Shown piece by piece: positions 37,791-48,691 of a stretch of DNA of 64,000 bases. Positions within the stretch are counted from its first letter, which is position 1. Every line of letters begins with the position of its first letter. The notes below the pieces were generated by a model that had not been told where the DNA came from, ran no database searches, and saw nothing but the letters and a program-made list of their open reading frames with translations. Source of the DNA: Thermoanaerobaculia bacterium (lineage in GTDB: Bacteria > Acidobacteriota > Thermoanaerobaculia > Multivoradales > UBA5704); NCBI GenBank assembly GCA_035940855.1, contig DASZEM010000007.1, positions 138,928 through 202,927 on the forward strand, written 5' to 3'. The translations under genes and the position numbers were made by a program.

Positions 37791-38716
37791 CGCACCGGCC
37801 TTTCCGCGATCACCCGCCGCCACACCGCGAGGTCCCTGCCCAGCGCCCGCCGCCGCTCCGGATCGGTCGCCCAGAGCGACTTCACCGTGTCCCGCACCAC
37901 GTGCTCGGCCATGGCGAGCGTCACGGCCCAGCGCAGGCGCCGCAGCGTCCCCCGCGGCGAGTGGCGGCGGTGGAAATGGGCGAGGCTCTGGAACAGCCGC
38001 ACGGCCATCTCCGGCCGCATCCGGCCCGTGCTCGCCCCCTCCTCGTGGACCACGGCCGCCTCGGGCGTGAAGCGGATCTCCCAACCCGACCTCCGCAGCC
38101 GCCAGCAGAAGTCCATCTCCTCGGCGTAGAGGAAGTAGGACTCGTCGAACCCGCCCACGGCCTCGAACGCCTCGCGGCGGATCGCCATTGCCGCGCCCTT
38201 GACCCAGGGCACCTCCCCGGCCGGGATGGAGGAGTAGACCGGACGGAAACGCCGAGAATAGCGGACGATCCGGTTCAGGTACGTATTCATGGCGAGCACG
38301 TCGAACGGCGTGAGGAAGGGGAAGCAGGAGGGCTGCCGCGTGCCGTCCGGGTTCAGCAGGAGGGGACCCGCCACGGCGGCCCGGGAATGCCCTTCGAGCT
38401 CCCGTCCCAGCGCCTCCAAGGCCCCGGGCCGCACCCGCGTGTCGCTGTTCAGGAGCAGGATGAACGGCGACCGGCAGGCGGCGATCCCTTGATTGACGGC
38501 CGCGCCGTAGCCCGGGTTGTCCCCGTTCTCCACGAGTCGCGCCTCGGGAAAGCCGGCGCGCACCATGCCGGCGCTGCCGTCCGTCGAGGCATTGTCCACC
38601 ACCACCACCTCGCCCGGCCCCTCGGCCCACACCGTCTCCAGGCACGCCCGCAGGTGCTCGCGGGTCTCGTGGTTGACGATCACGGCGGCAAAATCGCGGA
38701 CATCGCGCGGCGTCAC
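37787..38716 (-). CDS. GT2-family glycosyltransferase (rhamnosyltransferase-like)
   Basis: AAVIVNHETREHLRACLETV…VVVVDNASTDGS…DxD. GTG start with a GAGGAGG RBS. Stop/start overlaps of GTGA type on both sides. Confidence 0.8.
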   Translation of the reverse strand: MTPRDVRDFAAVIVNHETREHLRACLETVWAEGPGEVVVVDNASTDGSAGMVRAGFPEARLVENGDNPGYGAAVNQGIAACRSPFILLLNSDTRVRPGALEALGRELEGHSRAAVAGPLLLNPDGTRQPSCFPFLTPFDVLAMNTYLNRIVRYSRRFRPVYSSIPAGEVPWVKGAAMAIRREAFEAVGGFDESYFLYAEEMDFCWRLRRSGWEIRFTPEAAVVHEEGASTGRMRPEMAVRLFQSLAHFHRRHSPRGTLRRLRWAVTLAMAEHVVRDTVKSLWATDPERRRALGRDLAVWRRVIAERPVR

Positions 38717-39627
38717 GTCGGCCTCCTCAGCGCGCCGCGCCAGACCGCGAGGTCCTCCGCCAGCCGCGAGCGCCTCCCTGAGTCGCGGGAGAAGGCCAGC
38801 CGCAGCGAGTCGCGCCCCAGCCGGACGAGCATGGCGGCGCCGATCATCCCCTCCAGCGCCAGGACCCGGGGCCGGGAGTAGTGGCGGCGGTAGAACAGCT
38901 TCGAGCTGGCCACCCGCCGTACCGCCATTTCCGGCCGCCTTTGTCCCGTGCTGGCCCCGCCCACGTGCGTCACGGCCGTGACGGGGGCGAAGTGGACCTC
39001 CCAACCGGCGGCGCTCAGCCGGTAGCAGAGGTCGATCTCCTCCGAGTACATGAAGAAGGCGGGATCGAACCCGCCGATTTCCTCGAACGCCTCACGGCGG
39101 ATGGCGAGGGCCGCCCCCAGCACCCAGGGCACCACCCGCGGCCGGTCGTGGGGGGAGTGGCTGAGGAGCCAGCGGTCCCGGAGGGCGGGCACGCGGGCCA
39201 GCCAGCGGCCGAGCGGCGTCTTCTCGACCATCAAATGGAGCGTCCCGATGTAAGGAAAGCAGGAGACCTGGAGCGTGCCGTCCGGGTTCACCAGCCGCGG
39301 ACCGGCCACGGCGGCCCGGGGATGGCGGGCCAGGTACCCGGCCAGAGCCCCGAGCGCTCCCGGCGAGACGCGCGTGTCCGCGTTGAGCAGGAGGACGAAC
39401 GGGGAGGTGCAGAGGGAGACGGCACGGTTCGCCGCCGCGCCGAAGCCGGGGTTCTCCCCGTCCGCGAGCAGCGTCACCTCGGGGAAGTCCCGGCGCACCA
39501 TCTCGGCGCTGCCGTCCGCCGAGCCGGTGTCGGCCACCACCACCTCGTGCATCCCTTCGGACCGCAGGCTCTCCAGGCAGGCCCGCAGGTGCTCGCGGGT
39601 GTCATGGTTGACGACGACGGCCGCCAT
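38713..39627 (-). CDS. GT2-family glycosyltransferase (paralog of 37787..38716)
   Basis: MAAVVVNHDTREHLRACLESL…VVVADTGSADGS. ~50% identical to the downstream paralog. Confidence 0.8.
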   Translation of the reverse strand: MAAVVVNHDTREHLRACLESLRSEGMHEVVVADTGSADGSAEMVRRDFPEVTLLADGENPGFGAAANRAVSLCTSPFVLLLNADTRVSPGALGALAGYLARHPRAAVAGPRLVNPDGTLQVSCFPYIGTLHLMVEKTPLGRWLARVPALRDRWLLSHSPHDRPRVVPWVLGAALAIRREAFEEIGGFDPAFFMYSEEIDLCYRLSAAGWEVHFAPVTAVTHVGGASTGQRRPEMAVRRVASSKLFYRRHYSRPRVLALEGMIGAAMLVRLGRDSLRLAFSRDSGRRSRLAEDLAVWRGALRRPT

Positions 39628-39643
39628 TTTGGGAGATAGGGCT

Positions 39644-40828
39644 TCAGGTCGCGCCACCGTTCACTTCCTGGTACAGCTCGTTGACCGAGCGCACGAACTC
39701 GAACCACCCGAACCGCTCCTCGGCCCGCGCCCGCGCCGCCGCGGCCAGGCGGTCCGCCAGCGGCCGGTCCCGCAGCACGCGCACGATGCCGCTCGCCAGC
39801 TCCGGCGACCAGGCCCCCGTGAGCAGCGCGCTCTCGTCGTCCAGCACCGAACGGTGGGCCGGGATGTCGGTCGCGACGATCGGCTTGCCCGCCGCCAGGT
39901 AGTCGAAGATTTTAAGCGGCAGGTTGTCCCCGTAGGCCCGGGGCGACACCAGCACGTCAGCCAGAGCTAGAAAGCCGGGGATCCTCTCCCGCGGCTGGCG
40001 CTTCACCACCCGCAGCGCGCCCTGCCGCACCAGGTCCGAATGGGCGCGGGACACGGTGGTGCCCCCGGTCTCGTCCGCCCCCACCAGCACGAAAGCCACG
40101 CCGGGCACCTCGGCCCGCACGTGGGGAACGGCCGCGAGCAGCTCGGGCAACCCCTGGTAGGCCTCGAACGTGCCACTGTAGAGCACCACCGGCTGATCCG
40201 GGCGCAGCCCGAGCTCGCCCCGCAACGCCTCCGCCTCCCCGGGAGGAGACGACGGCAGTGCGCTCGCGAACCGCCACTCCCGCAGCCGCGCGTCCGGCGC
40301 CAGGGCGCGCACCCGCTGGGCGAGGCCCGTGCTGCTCACGATCGAGTCGGCGCGCCGCAGCAGCCAGCGCTCCATGCGGATCAGCGCCGACTGCGCCATC
40401 CCGCTCCGGAAGGCCAGGTGCTGGGCGAGCTGCTCCGGCAGGCTCGACTGCATGTCGTAGATCACCGGCACCCGGAACCGCTGGCCCAGCACCACGCAGG
40501 GGAACGCGGCCTCCTCGATGGCGTGGATGCACGAGTAGCCTCCCTCCGACAGGCGCCGGACCAGCTCCGAGATCAGCGTCGCGTCGAGCAGCAACTTGGC
40601 GAGCGAGAAGCCGATCGGCACCTGCCGCACCCGGAACGGGTTGGAAGACCGGAAGTACCGCACCCGCGGGATCTCGATCGACTGTCCCAGCGGGTAGGTG
40701 ACCACGTCCACCTCGTAGGCGAGCTGGGACAGCGCCAGGAGGAGCTGGCGCACCGCGATCGGCGTCCCACGGTCTTCGTAGAACGGCTGCGGAGCAACGA
40801 CGAGCACCCGAGATCTCGGCAGAGTCAA
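39644..40828 (-). CDS. GT4-family glycosyltransferase (GT-B)
   Basis: RVLVVAPQPF…GG…; E-x7-E region (LKIFDYLAAGKPIVATD). The track's start is a TTG at 40981. A shorter TTG/GTG start near 40828 (…LTLPRSRVLVVAP) is more plausible but uncertain. Confidence 0.7.
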   Translation of the reverse strand: MTLPRSRVLVVAPQPFYEDRGTPIAVRQLLLALSQLAYEVDVVTYPLGQSIEIPRVRYFRSSNPFRVRQVPIGFSLAKLLLDATLISELVRRLSEGGYSCIHAIEEAAFPCVVLGQRFRVPVIYDMQSSLPEQLAQHLAFRSGMAQSALIRMERWLLRRADSIVSSTGLAQRVRALAPDARLREWRFASALPSSPPGEAEALRGELGLRPDQPVVLYSGTFEAYQGLPELLAAVPHVRAEVPGVAFVLVGADETGGTTVSRAHSDLVRQGALRVVKRQPRERIPGFLALADVLVSPRAYGDNLPLKIFDYLAAGKPIVATDIPAHRSVLDDESALLTGAWSPELASGIVRVLRDRPLADRLAAAARARAEERFGWFEFVRSVNELYQEVNGGAT

Positions 40829-41034
40829 CCTTCCTTGTCTGCGATCTAAGCCGTAGACGGACGAGAAGCCAGGACAAAAGCAGCAGAAAGAGTGCCATCG
40901 ATGAAAACCAATGGGCGCATGCGCGGTCTCTCCTTTTCCCAGAGGACAGGGCCAGGAAGACGGTGCTCTCTTCCCAGCCAATGCGTTAAACGCTATATCT
41001 ATTTGTAAGGCCAGAGGAGTCCATGGAAAAAGGT

Positions 41035-42177
41035 TTATAGCGCCGGCTCCCGGTCCGCTTCCGGGTAGGTGCCGAGCACGCGCATCTCGGCCGTCAGCGG
41101 TCGGACCTCGGCGAGGGCGCTGCGCACGGGGTCGCGTCCGGCGTTGCCGTGGAGGTCCAGATAGAACCGGTACTGCCAGGGGCTCTGGGGGATGGGGCGC
41201 GACTCCACCTTGGCCAGGCTCACCCCGCGGCGGCTGAAGACGCCGAGCACCTCGGCCAGGGAGCCGGGCGTGTCCGGGAGCGTGAGCAGGAGCGATGTGC
41301 GGGCCGGCGTCTCCGGCGGGAAGTGGATGGGATCGTGCGCCAGCTCCACGAACCGGGTGTAGTTGCCCTCCTGCGACTGGATTCCCCGCCGCAGCACCTC
41401 CAGGCCGTACACCCGGGCCGCCGACTCGCCCGCGATGGCGGCCACCGTGGGGTCGTTGCGCTCCCGCACCTTGCGGGCCGAGCCCGCCGTGTCGAACTCC
41501 GTCTGCGTCTTGATCCAGGGCACGGTACGCAGGAAATCCTGAGACTGGAGGATGCCCTGAGGATGGGAGAGCACGATCCTCAGGTCCTCGATCCGCGCCC
41601 CGGGCAGCCCCAGCAGGCAGTGCTCGATGCGGCTCACCTCTTCGGCCGTGATGGTGAGGCCCCCCTCGGCCAACAGGTCATAGGTCTCGTTGATGCTCCC
41701 CGCCGTGGTGTTCTCGATGGGGAGCAGGGCGCGGTCCGCCGTGCCGCCGCGCACCGCCTCCGCCGCCTCGCGAAAGGTCTCGAACCCTTCGAGGAGCACG
41801 CCCTCGGGGATCCCCGCGTACCGGCGCTGGGCCGTGAGATGGCTGTAGGATCCCTCGACTCCCTGATAGGCCACGCGCAGGGGCGTCGAGTCGAGGGAGC
41901 GCACGTGGGCCTTCTGGTGGGCGACCGACATGTCGAGGATCACCCGGTACATCCGCTCGACCTCGTGGGGATCGAGCCCGCGCTCGACGGCCGCGTGGCG
42001 CACCCGCTGGATCACCTGGTCCTCTCGCGGCTCGTCGCGGAACGGATAGGCCGTCCGCAGCTTTTCCCCCGCCACCTCCTCGGCCAGGCTCATCCGCCGC
42101 CGGAGCTGGGACAGGATCTCCCGGTCGATCTCCTCGATGGCTTCGCGCAGGGCCTGGAGGTCGCGGGGAGCGGACAT
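41035..42177 (-). CDS. pheA: bifunctional chorismate mutase / prephenate dehydratase
   Basis: N-terminal CM_2 domain (LREAIEEIDREILSQLRRRMSLAEEV), PDT domain (VAYQGVEGSYSH…TRF), and a C-terminal ACT domain. Confidence 0.9.
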   Translation of the reverse strand: MSAPRDLQALREAIEEIDREILSQLRRRMSLAEEVAGEKLRTAYPFRDEPREDQVIQRVRHAAVERGLDPHEVERMYRVILDMSVAHQKAHVRSLDSTPLRVAYQGVEGSYSHLTAQRRYAGIPEGVLLEGFETFREAAEAVRGGTADRALLPIENTTAGSINETYDLLAEGGLTITAEEVSRIEHCLLGLPGARIEDLRIVLSHPQGILQSQDFLRTVPWIKTQTEFDTAGSARKVRERNDPTVAAIAGESAARVYGLEVLRRGIQSQEGNYTRFVELAHDPIHFPPETPARTSLLLTLPDTPGSLAEVLGVFSRRGVSLAKVESRPIPQSPWQYRFYLDLHGNAGRDPVRSALAEVRPLTAEMRVLGTYPEADREPAL

Positions 42178-42262
42178 GGTGGGGGAGTATAGCGGCCTCG
42201 CCGAAGCATTCTCGGGAGATGTAGCTTGCGTGTCAATGTCGAACGGTGTAGGGTCGATCCCG

Positions 42263-44270
<2,008 letters not shown>

Positions 44271-44293
44271 GACACCGTGAGGGCCGGAGCGCC

Positions 44294-44854
44294 CTACTCC
44301 TCTCGCGCGGCGATCTCCTTGACCCTTTGCCAGCGCCGGAGTTGCTCCGGCGCGTACTCTTCGAGATACTGGTCCATCGCCTCGAGATCGACTCGGCCAC
44401 GCTTCAGAAGCTCCACCAGGTCGGCGGTATCCTTCTGTCTTCCTGCCTTGAGCTTCATGTACACCAGCGCAGGCAGCGGCACGATCGGGACTCCATCGCT
44501 TTGAGGTGGTTCTTCCACGGCGGGGCGCAACTGGCGTTCCTCGCCTTTCGACTCGTCGATCGAGACAAAATCGACTCGGACGTTACCGATGGCGATGAGG
44601 GGTACCTTCAGGGTGACGAAACCGCCCTCATGCTTGTCGAACGCCTCATCGCCGACCAGGAAGTCCACGTCGTCCGTCGTTCGCGGATAGCCGTGTGCGC
44701 CTACGGCAAGACCTCCGGCAAGAGCGTGAGGGATGTTGGCCTCGCGGAGCTTCTGTGAGGCGAGTCCCACCGCCCTGAGGATTTCGGGAGCCACGATGCC
44801 GCGGGTGAGCTTGAGGTCGGGAAGGTCGCTGTCCAGCGAAAACTGTTTCTTCAT
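44294..44854 (-). CDS. minimal nucleotidyltransferase (MNT) fold protein, function unknown
   Basis: GG-A…HG-x-R-T-DDVDFLV pattern (ALAGGLAVGAHGYPRTTDDVDFLV). ATGA-coupled to the upstream aminotransferase. Confidence 0.45.
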   Translation of the reverse strand: MKKQFSLDSDLPDLKLTRGIVAPEILRAVGLASQKLREANIPHALAGGLAVGAHGYPRTTDDVDFLVGDEAFDKHEGGFVTLKVPLIAIGNVRVDFVSIDESKGEERQLRPAVEEPPQSDGVPIVPLPALVYMKLKAGRQKDTADLVELLKRGRVDLEAMDQYLEEYAPEQLRRWQRVKEIAAREE

Positions 44855-46044
44855 AGGCGCGGTGCTCCTTCAAACGCCTCCTCGAACGCCGCCACCGCCC
44901 CCTCCGCGTCCACCGAAGCCCCGGCTTCCGCGAGCGCCCCGGCCACGGCCTCGACCGTCTGCCGCAGGGAGTCTGGCCGGGTGACCGTGTAGCCCATGTG
45001 GCCGATCCGGAAGGACGTGGTCCGCACGGCGGGGTGGAGGCCGCCGGCCACGATGACGCCGCGGGCGGCGATCCTGGGCAGCAGCGAGGCGTCGATCCCC
45101 TCGGGGAAGAGGAGCACGGAGAGTGTGTTGCCGGCCACCTCGCCCGGTGGGAGGGAACGCAGGCCCAGCACGGCCCAGGCGGCGCGCAGGGCGGCGGCGG
45201 CGCGGGCGTGGGCTTCGATTCGGGCCTCGATGCCGTCCTGCAGGATCTCTCCCAGGCCCGTCTCCAGCGCCATCACCAGGGTGGTGGCCGGCGTCGCGAA
45301 GTAGCTCGGCTTCCTCTCTTCGTAGGCGCGATGGATGGGGAGCCAGGAATTCCAGTCCAGGAACAGCGGTGGAGGGGCGGCCCGGCGGGCGGACCGGGCG
45401 GCCAGGGCCCGCTCGCCCGCCACCATCAGGGCCAGGCCGGGAGGCAGGCCGATGGCCTTCTGCGAGCCCGTGAAGTAAAGGTCGGCCCCCCAGGCGGCCA
45501 TCTCGAAGCGCTCGCCGGCCGTGGCGCAGACGCCGTCGAACACGGCGAGCGCGCCGGCCTCGCGGGCGAGACGGCAGAGGGGTTCGGGATCCACCCGCAC
45601 GCCCGTCGAGGTGTCCACGTGGGTGGCGAAGAGGGCCTTGAACGAGCCCCGCCCCAGGGCCTCCCGGATTTCCTCGACAGCCGGGACCTCGCCCACGGGC
45701 GCGCCGATCTCGGCCACCTCGCCGCCGTTGCGCCGCACGATCTCCGTCATGCGCTCGGAGAAATAGCCGGTGTTGACGACCAACGCCCGGTCTCCCGGCT
45801 CGATCAGGTTGGCCGCCGCCACCTCCATGGCGACGGTGCCGCTGCCGGCGAGGAGGAAGGGCTGGAATGACCGGGCCGGCGCATCCGCCCGCCAGACCTG
45901 GCGCATCCGTTCCAGGCAGGTGCTGAACGCCTCGAGGAGCCGAGGCGACGTGTGGCCCGGCGGGGGAACGGACGCGGCGGCGAGGACGGCCGGCGAGACC
46001 TCCACCGGTCCGGGGATCATGAGCAGGGGGCGGGGAGCGGACAT
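44851..46044 (-). CDS. class V aminotransferase (serine-pyruvate / alanine-glyoxylate aminotransferase-like)
   Basis: PGPVEV…, SGT…; PLP-lysine motif FTGSQKAIG. Confidence 0.8.
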   Translation of the reverse strand: MSAPRPLLMIPGPVEVSPAVLAAASVPPPGHTSPRLLEAFSTCLERMRQVWRADAPARSFQPFLLAGSGTVAMEVAAANLIEPGDRALVVNTGYFSERMTEIVRRNGGEVAEIGAPVGEVPAVEEIREALGRGSFKALFATHVDTSTGVRVDPEPLCRLAREAGALAVFDGVCATAGERFEMAAWGADLYFTGSQKAIGLPPGLALMVAGERALAARSARRAAPPPLFLDWNSWLPIHRAYEERKPSYFATPATTLVMALETGLGEILQDGIEARIEAHARAAAALRAAWAVLGLRSLPPGEVAGNTLSVLLFPEGIDASLLPRIAARGVIVAGGLHPAVRTTSFRIGHMGYTVTRPDSLRQTVEAVAGALAEAGASVDAEGAVAAFEEAFEGAPRL

Positions 46045-46115
46045 GGCGGCGTATGGTAGCATCTGCCGCCATTCGACGCGTGACAGGCTTTTTTCCTGAA
46101 GAGGATCTTTCATTC

Positions 46116-47096
46116 ATGTTCTGGCGTGGCAGGCGGGTGCTGGTGACGGGCGGTTGCGGCTTCATCGGCTCCCATCTCGTGGAAGCCCTGCTTCAGCAGG
46201 GAGCGGAGGTGTCGGTGCTGGGCAAGTACAACTCGCGCTCCGACTTCGGCTTCCTGCGCGGAATCGATCATCCAGGCCTGAACGTGCGGCTGGGAGACAT
46301 CGCCGATCCATGGTTCGTGCGGTCCTTGACGGAGGGGGTGGACACGGTCTTCCACCTCGCCGCCCTGATCGGCATTCCATATTCCTACGCGGCGCCGTCC
46401 CAGTACGTGGAAACCAATGTCAAGGGCACCCTCGCGGTGCTCGAAGCCGCGCGCCGAGAGAACGTCCGCCGCGTGGTCCACACGTCGACGTCCGAGACCT
46501 ATGGCACGGCCCAGTACACGCCGATCGACGAGCTCCATCCCCTGGTGGGCCAATCTCCCTACTCGGCCACCAAGATCGCGGCGGACAAGCTCGCCGAGAG
46601 CTATTTCCTTTCGTTCGACGTGCCGGTGACCACGCTGCGCCCCTTCAACACGTTCGGTCCCCGGCAATCCCTGCGGGCCGTGATTCCCTCGCTCATGGCG
46701 CAGGCCCTCTACGCCGGGGAGATCACCGTGGGCTCGCTCGATCCCGTGCGCGACATGAACTACGTGGCCGACACCGTGGCGGGCTTCCTGGGCGCCGGGG
46801 CCGCGGAAGGCGTGGAAGGAAACGTTTATAACGTCGGCTCGGGCCAGGGGCACACCATCGGCGAGATCCTGGATCTGGTCCAGAAGGTGGCGGGGACCGG
46901 CAAGCCGGTGCGCCAGCAGGAGGAGCGGGTGCGGCCCGCGAAGAGCGAGGTCGGCCGGCTTCTCTGCGACTACTCGCGGGCCGCCGCGGCGTTCCGGTAC
47001 GCGCCTTCGGTCTCGCTGGCCGAGGGGCTCGAAAAAGTGCGCGATCACCTGCTGGCGAACCCGCCCGCGCAGGATGCCAACGTCTATCGGGTTTGA
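46116..47096 (+). CDS. NAD-dependent NDP-sugar epimerase/4,6-dehydratase (SDR family)
   Basis: VLVTGGCGFIGSHLV Rossmann motif, S-x24-YSATK catalytic triad. Confidence 0.85.
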   Translation: MFWRGRRVLVTGGCGFIGSHLVEALLQQGAEVSVLGKYNSRSDFGFLRGIDHPGLNVRLGDIADPWFVRSLTEGVDTVFHLAALIGIPYSYAAPSQYVETNVKGTLAVLEAARRENVRRVVHTSTSETYGTAQYTPIDELHPLVGQSPYSATKIAADKLAESYFLSFDVPVTTLRPFNTFGPRQSLRAVIPSLMAQALYAGEITVGSLDPVRDMNYVADTVAGFLGAGAAEGVEGNVYNVGSGQGHTIGEILDLVQKVAGTGKPVRQQEERVRPAKSEVGRLLCDYSRAAAAFRYAPSVSLAEGLEKVRDHLLANPPAQDANVYRV

Positions 47097-47117
47097 GGGC
47101 GGGTCCGAGGGCAACCC

Positions 47118-47831
47118 ATGCGCGCATTGATCCTGGCGGGGGGGAAAGGCAGCCGGCTCAAACCCTTTACATTCGTCATCCCCAAGCCTCTCGTCCCCAT
47201 CGGCGAGATGCCGGTCCTCGAGATCCTCATCCGCCAGTTGAGGTGCCAGGGCTTCGAAGCGATCACCATTTCGGTGGGCCACCTGGCCGGCCTCATCCGC
47301 GCCTTCTGCGGCGACGGCAGCCAGTGGGGGATCCCCATCGACTACGTCTACGAGGACCAGCCCCTGGGGACCATCGGCTGTCTCTCCCTCCTGGGAGACC
47401 GGCACGGGGCCGACCGGGTGTTCGTGGTCAACGGCGACACTCTGACGGACATGAACATGGCGGAGGCGTACGCCGCTCACGACGGCAGGGACGCGATCAC
47501 GATCTGCGCCAACCGGCGGTCGGTCGGCATCGATTTCGGAGTGCTGGAGACGGACGGCGCGGGCCGCCTCGCGAGCTATACCGAGAAGCCTACCCTCCAC
47601 TACCGGGTGAGCATGGGAGTGAACGTGGTCTCTTCCTGGGCGGTCGCGAAGTACATCCGGACGGGCGAGCGCCTGGACACGCCGGACCTCGTCCGCCGCT
47701 TGATGGAGGCCGGGGAAGGGGTGCGGGTCCTGGACGTCGACGCCTACTGGCTGGACCTGGGCCGGCTCAGCGACCTCGAAGCGGGCCACGAGGCCTTTCG
47801 CGCCGACCCCCGGCGGTTCCTTCCCGAATGA
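47118..47831 (+). CDS. sugar-1-phosphate nucleotidyltransferase (RfbF/glucose-1-P cytidylyltransferase-like)
   Basis: ALILAGGKGSRLKPFTFVIPKPLVPIGEMP. Confidence 0.8.
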   Translation: MRALILAGGKGSRLKPFTFVIPKPLVPIGEMPVLEILIRQLRCQGFEAITISVGHLAGLIRAFCGDGSQWGIPIDYVYEDQPLGTIGCLSLLGDRHGADRVFVVNGDTLTDMNMAEAYAAHDGRDAITICANRRSVGIDFGVLETDGAGRLASYTEKPTLHYRVSMGVNVVSSWAVAKYIRTGERLDTPDLVRRLMEAGEGVRVLDVDAYWLDLGRLSDLEAGHEAFRADPRRFLPE

Positions 47832-48691
47832 GCGGACCGGTCCTCGTCACGGGCGCGGGCGGCCTGATCGGGACGGAGCTGCTGCCCCTGCTGGAGGGGG
47901 GATCTGCGCGGGTGATGACCTCCGGAGACCGCCACCGCTGTGACCTGAGCGTCCCTGGGGAAGCCGCGGCCCTGATCGAAGCCGTCCGCCCCGGCACGAT
48001 CGTCCACCTGGCGGGCGGCACGAGCCCCGACCGCCGCGAGGTGTACCGGAAAAACGTCCTCACGACCGTCCGCCTGCTGGACGCGGCGGCCCGGCTGCCG
48101 GAGCCCCCCTACTGCATCGTCCTGGGCTCGGCCGCCGAGTATGGGGACGCTTCCGGGGATCTGGTCACGGAGTCGTCGCCCCCGCGGCCGGTCACGGAGT
48201 ACGGCCGGGCGAAGCTCGCCCAGACGACTCTCGCGGAGTCGATCTGCGACTCCGCCGGCCTGCCGCTGACAGTCCTGCGGCCGTTCAATCTGGTCTCCTC
48301 CCGCCTGCCCCCTTCGAGCGCCCTCGGCAACCTGCGGGAGCAGCTCCTGCGAGGCCGGGGCCGGGAGCGCACGGTCGAATGCGGCCGGCTGGACGTGGTC
48401 CGGGACTTCGTGCCGGTGTCCGCCGTAGCCGAGGCGATCCGGCGGCTGGTGGCGAGCCCGGTACCGGGCCAAATCCTCAACGTCTGCTCCGGCGTGGGGA
48501 TCGAGCTGGGGGCGGTCCTGCGGGCCCTGGCGGAGAGGCTCGGGGTGGCCGTACGGACGATCCAGAAGCCCGAGCTCCTCGCCATCCCCGCGGCGCCGCG
48601 GGTGGTGGGAGATCCCTCGCGGCTCCTTCGTTGGACGGGGATGCGGATCGAGGCCACGGCCGAGGGTCTGGCCAGGCTCCTGCTTACGTAA
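47828..48691 (+). CDS. NAD(P)-dependent sugar reductase/epimerase (RmlD-like SDR)
   Basis: VLVTGAGGLIG…YGRAK. ATGA overlap with the upstream gene. Confidence 0.7.
   Translation: MSGPVLVTGAGGLIGTELLPLLEGGSARVMTSGDRHRCDLSVPGEAAALIEAVRPGTIVHLAGGTSPDRREVYRKNVLTTVRLLDAAARLPEPPYCIVLGSAAEYGDASGDLVTESSPPRPVTEYGRAKLAQTTLAESICDSAGLPLTVLRPFNLVSSRLPPSSALGNLREQLLRGRGRERTVECGRLDVVRDFVPVSAVAEAIRRLVASPVPGQILNVCSGVGIELGAVLRALAERLGVAVRTIQKPELLAIPAAPRVVGDPSRLLRWTGMRIEATAEGLARLLLT

Noticed and set aside
36216-38645. 809-aa minus-strand ORF
   Set aside because: It is a read-through frame covering the kinase-like gene plus an off-frame portion of the GT2 gene. It was split into 36216..37790 and 37787..38716 on the basis of motifs and the GTGA coupling.
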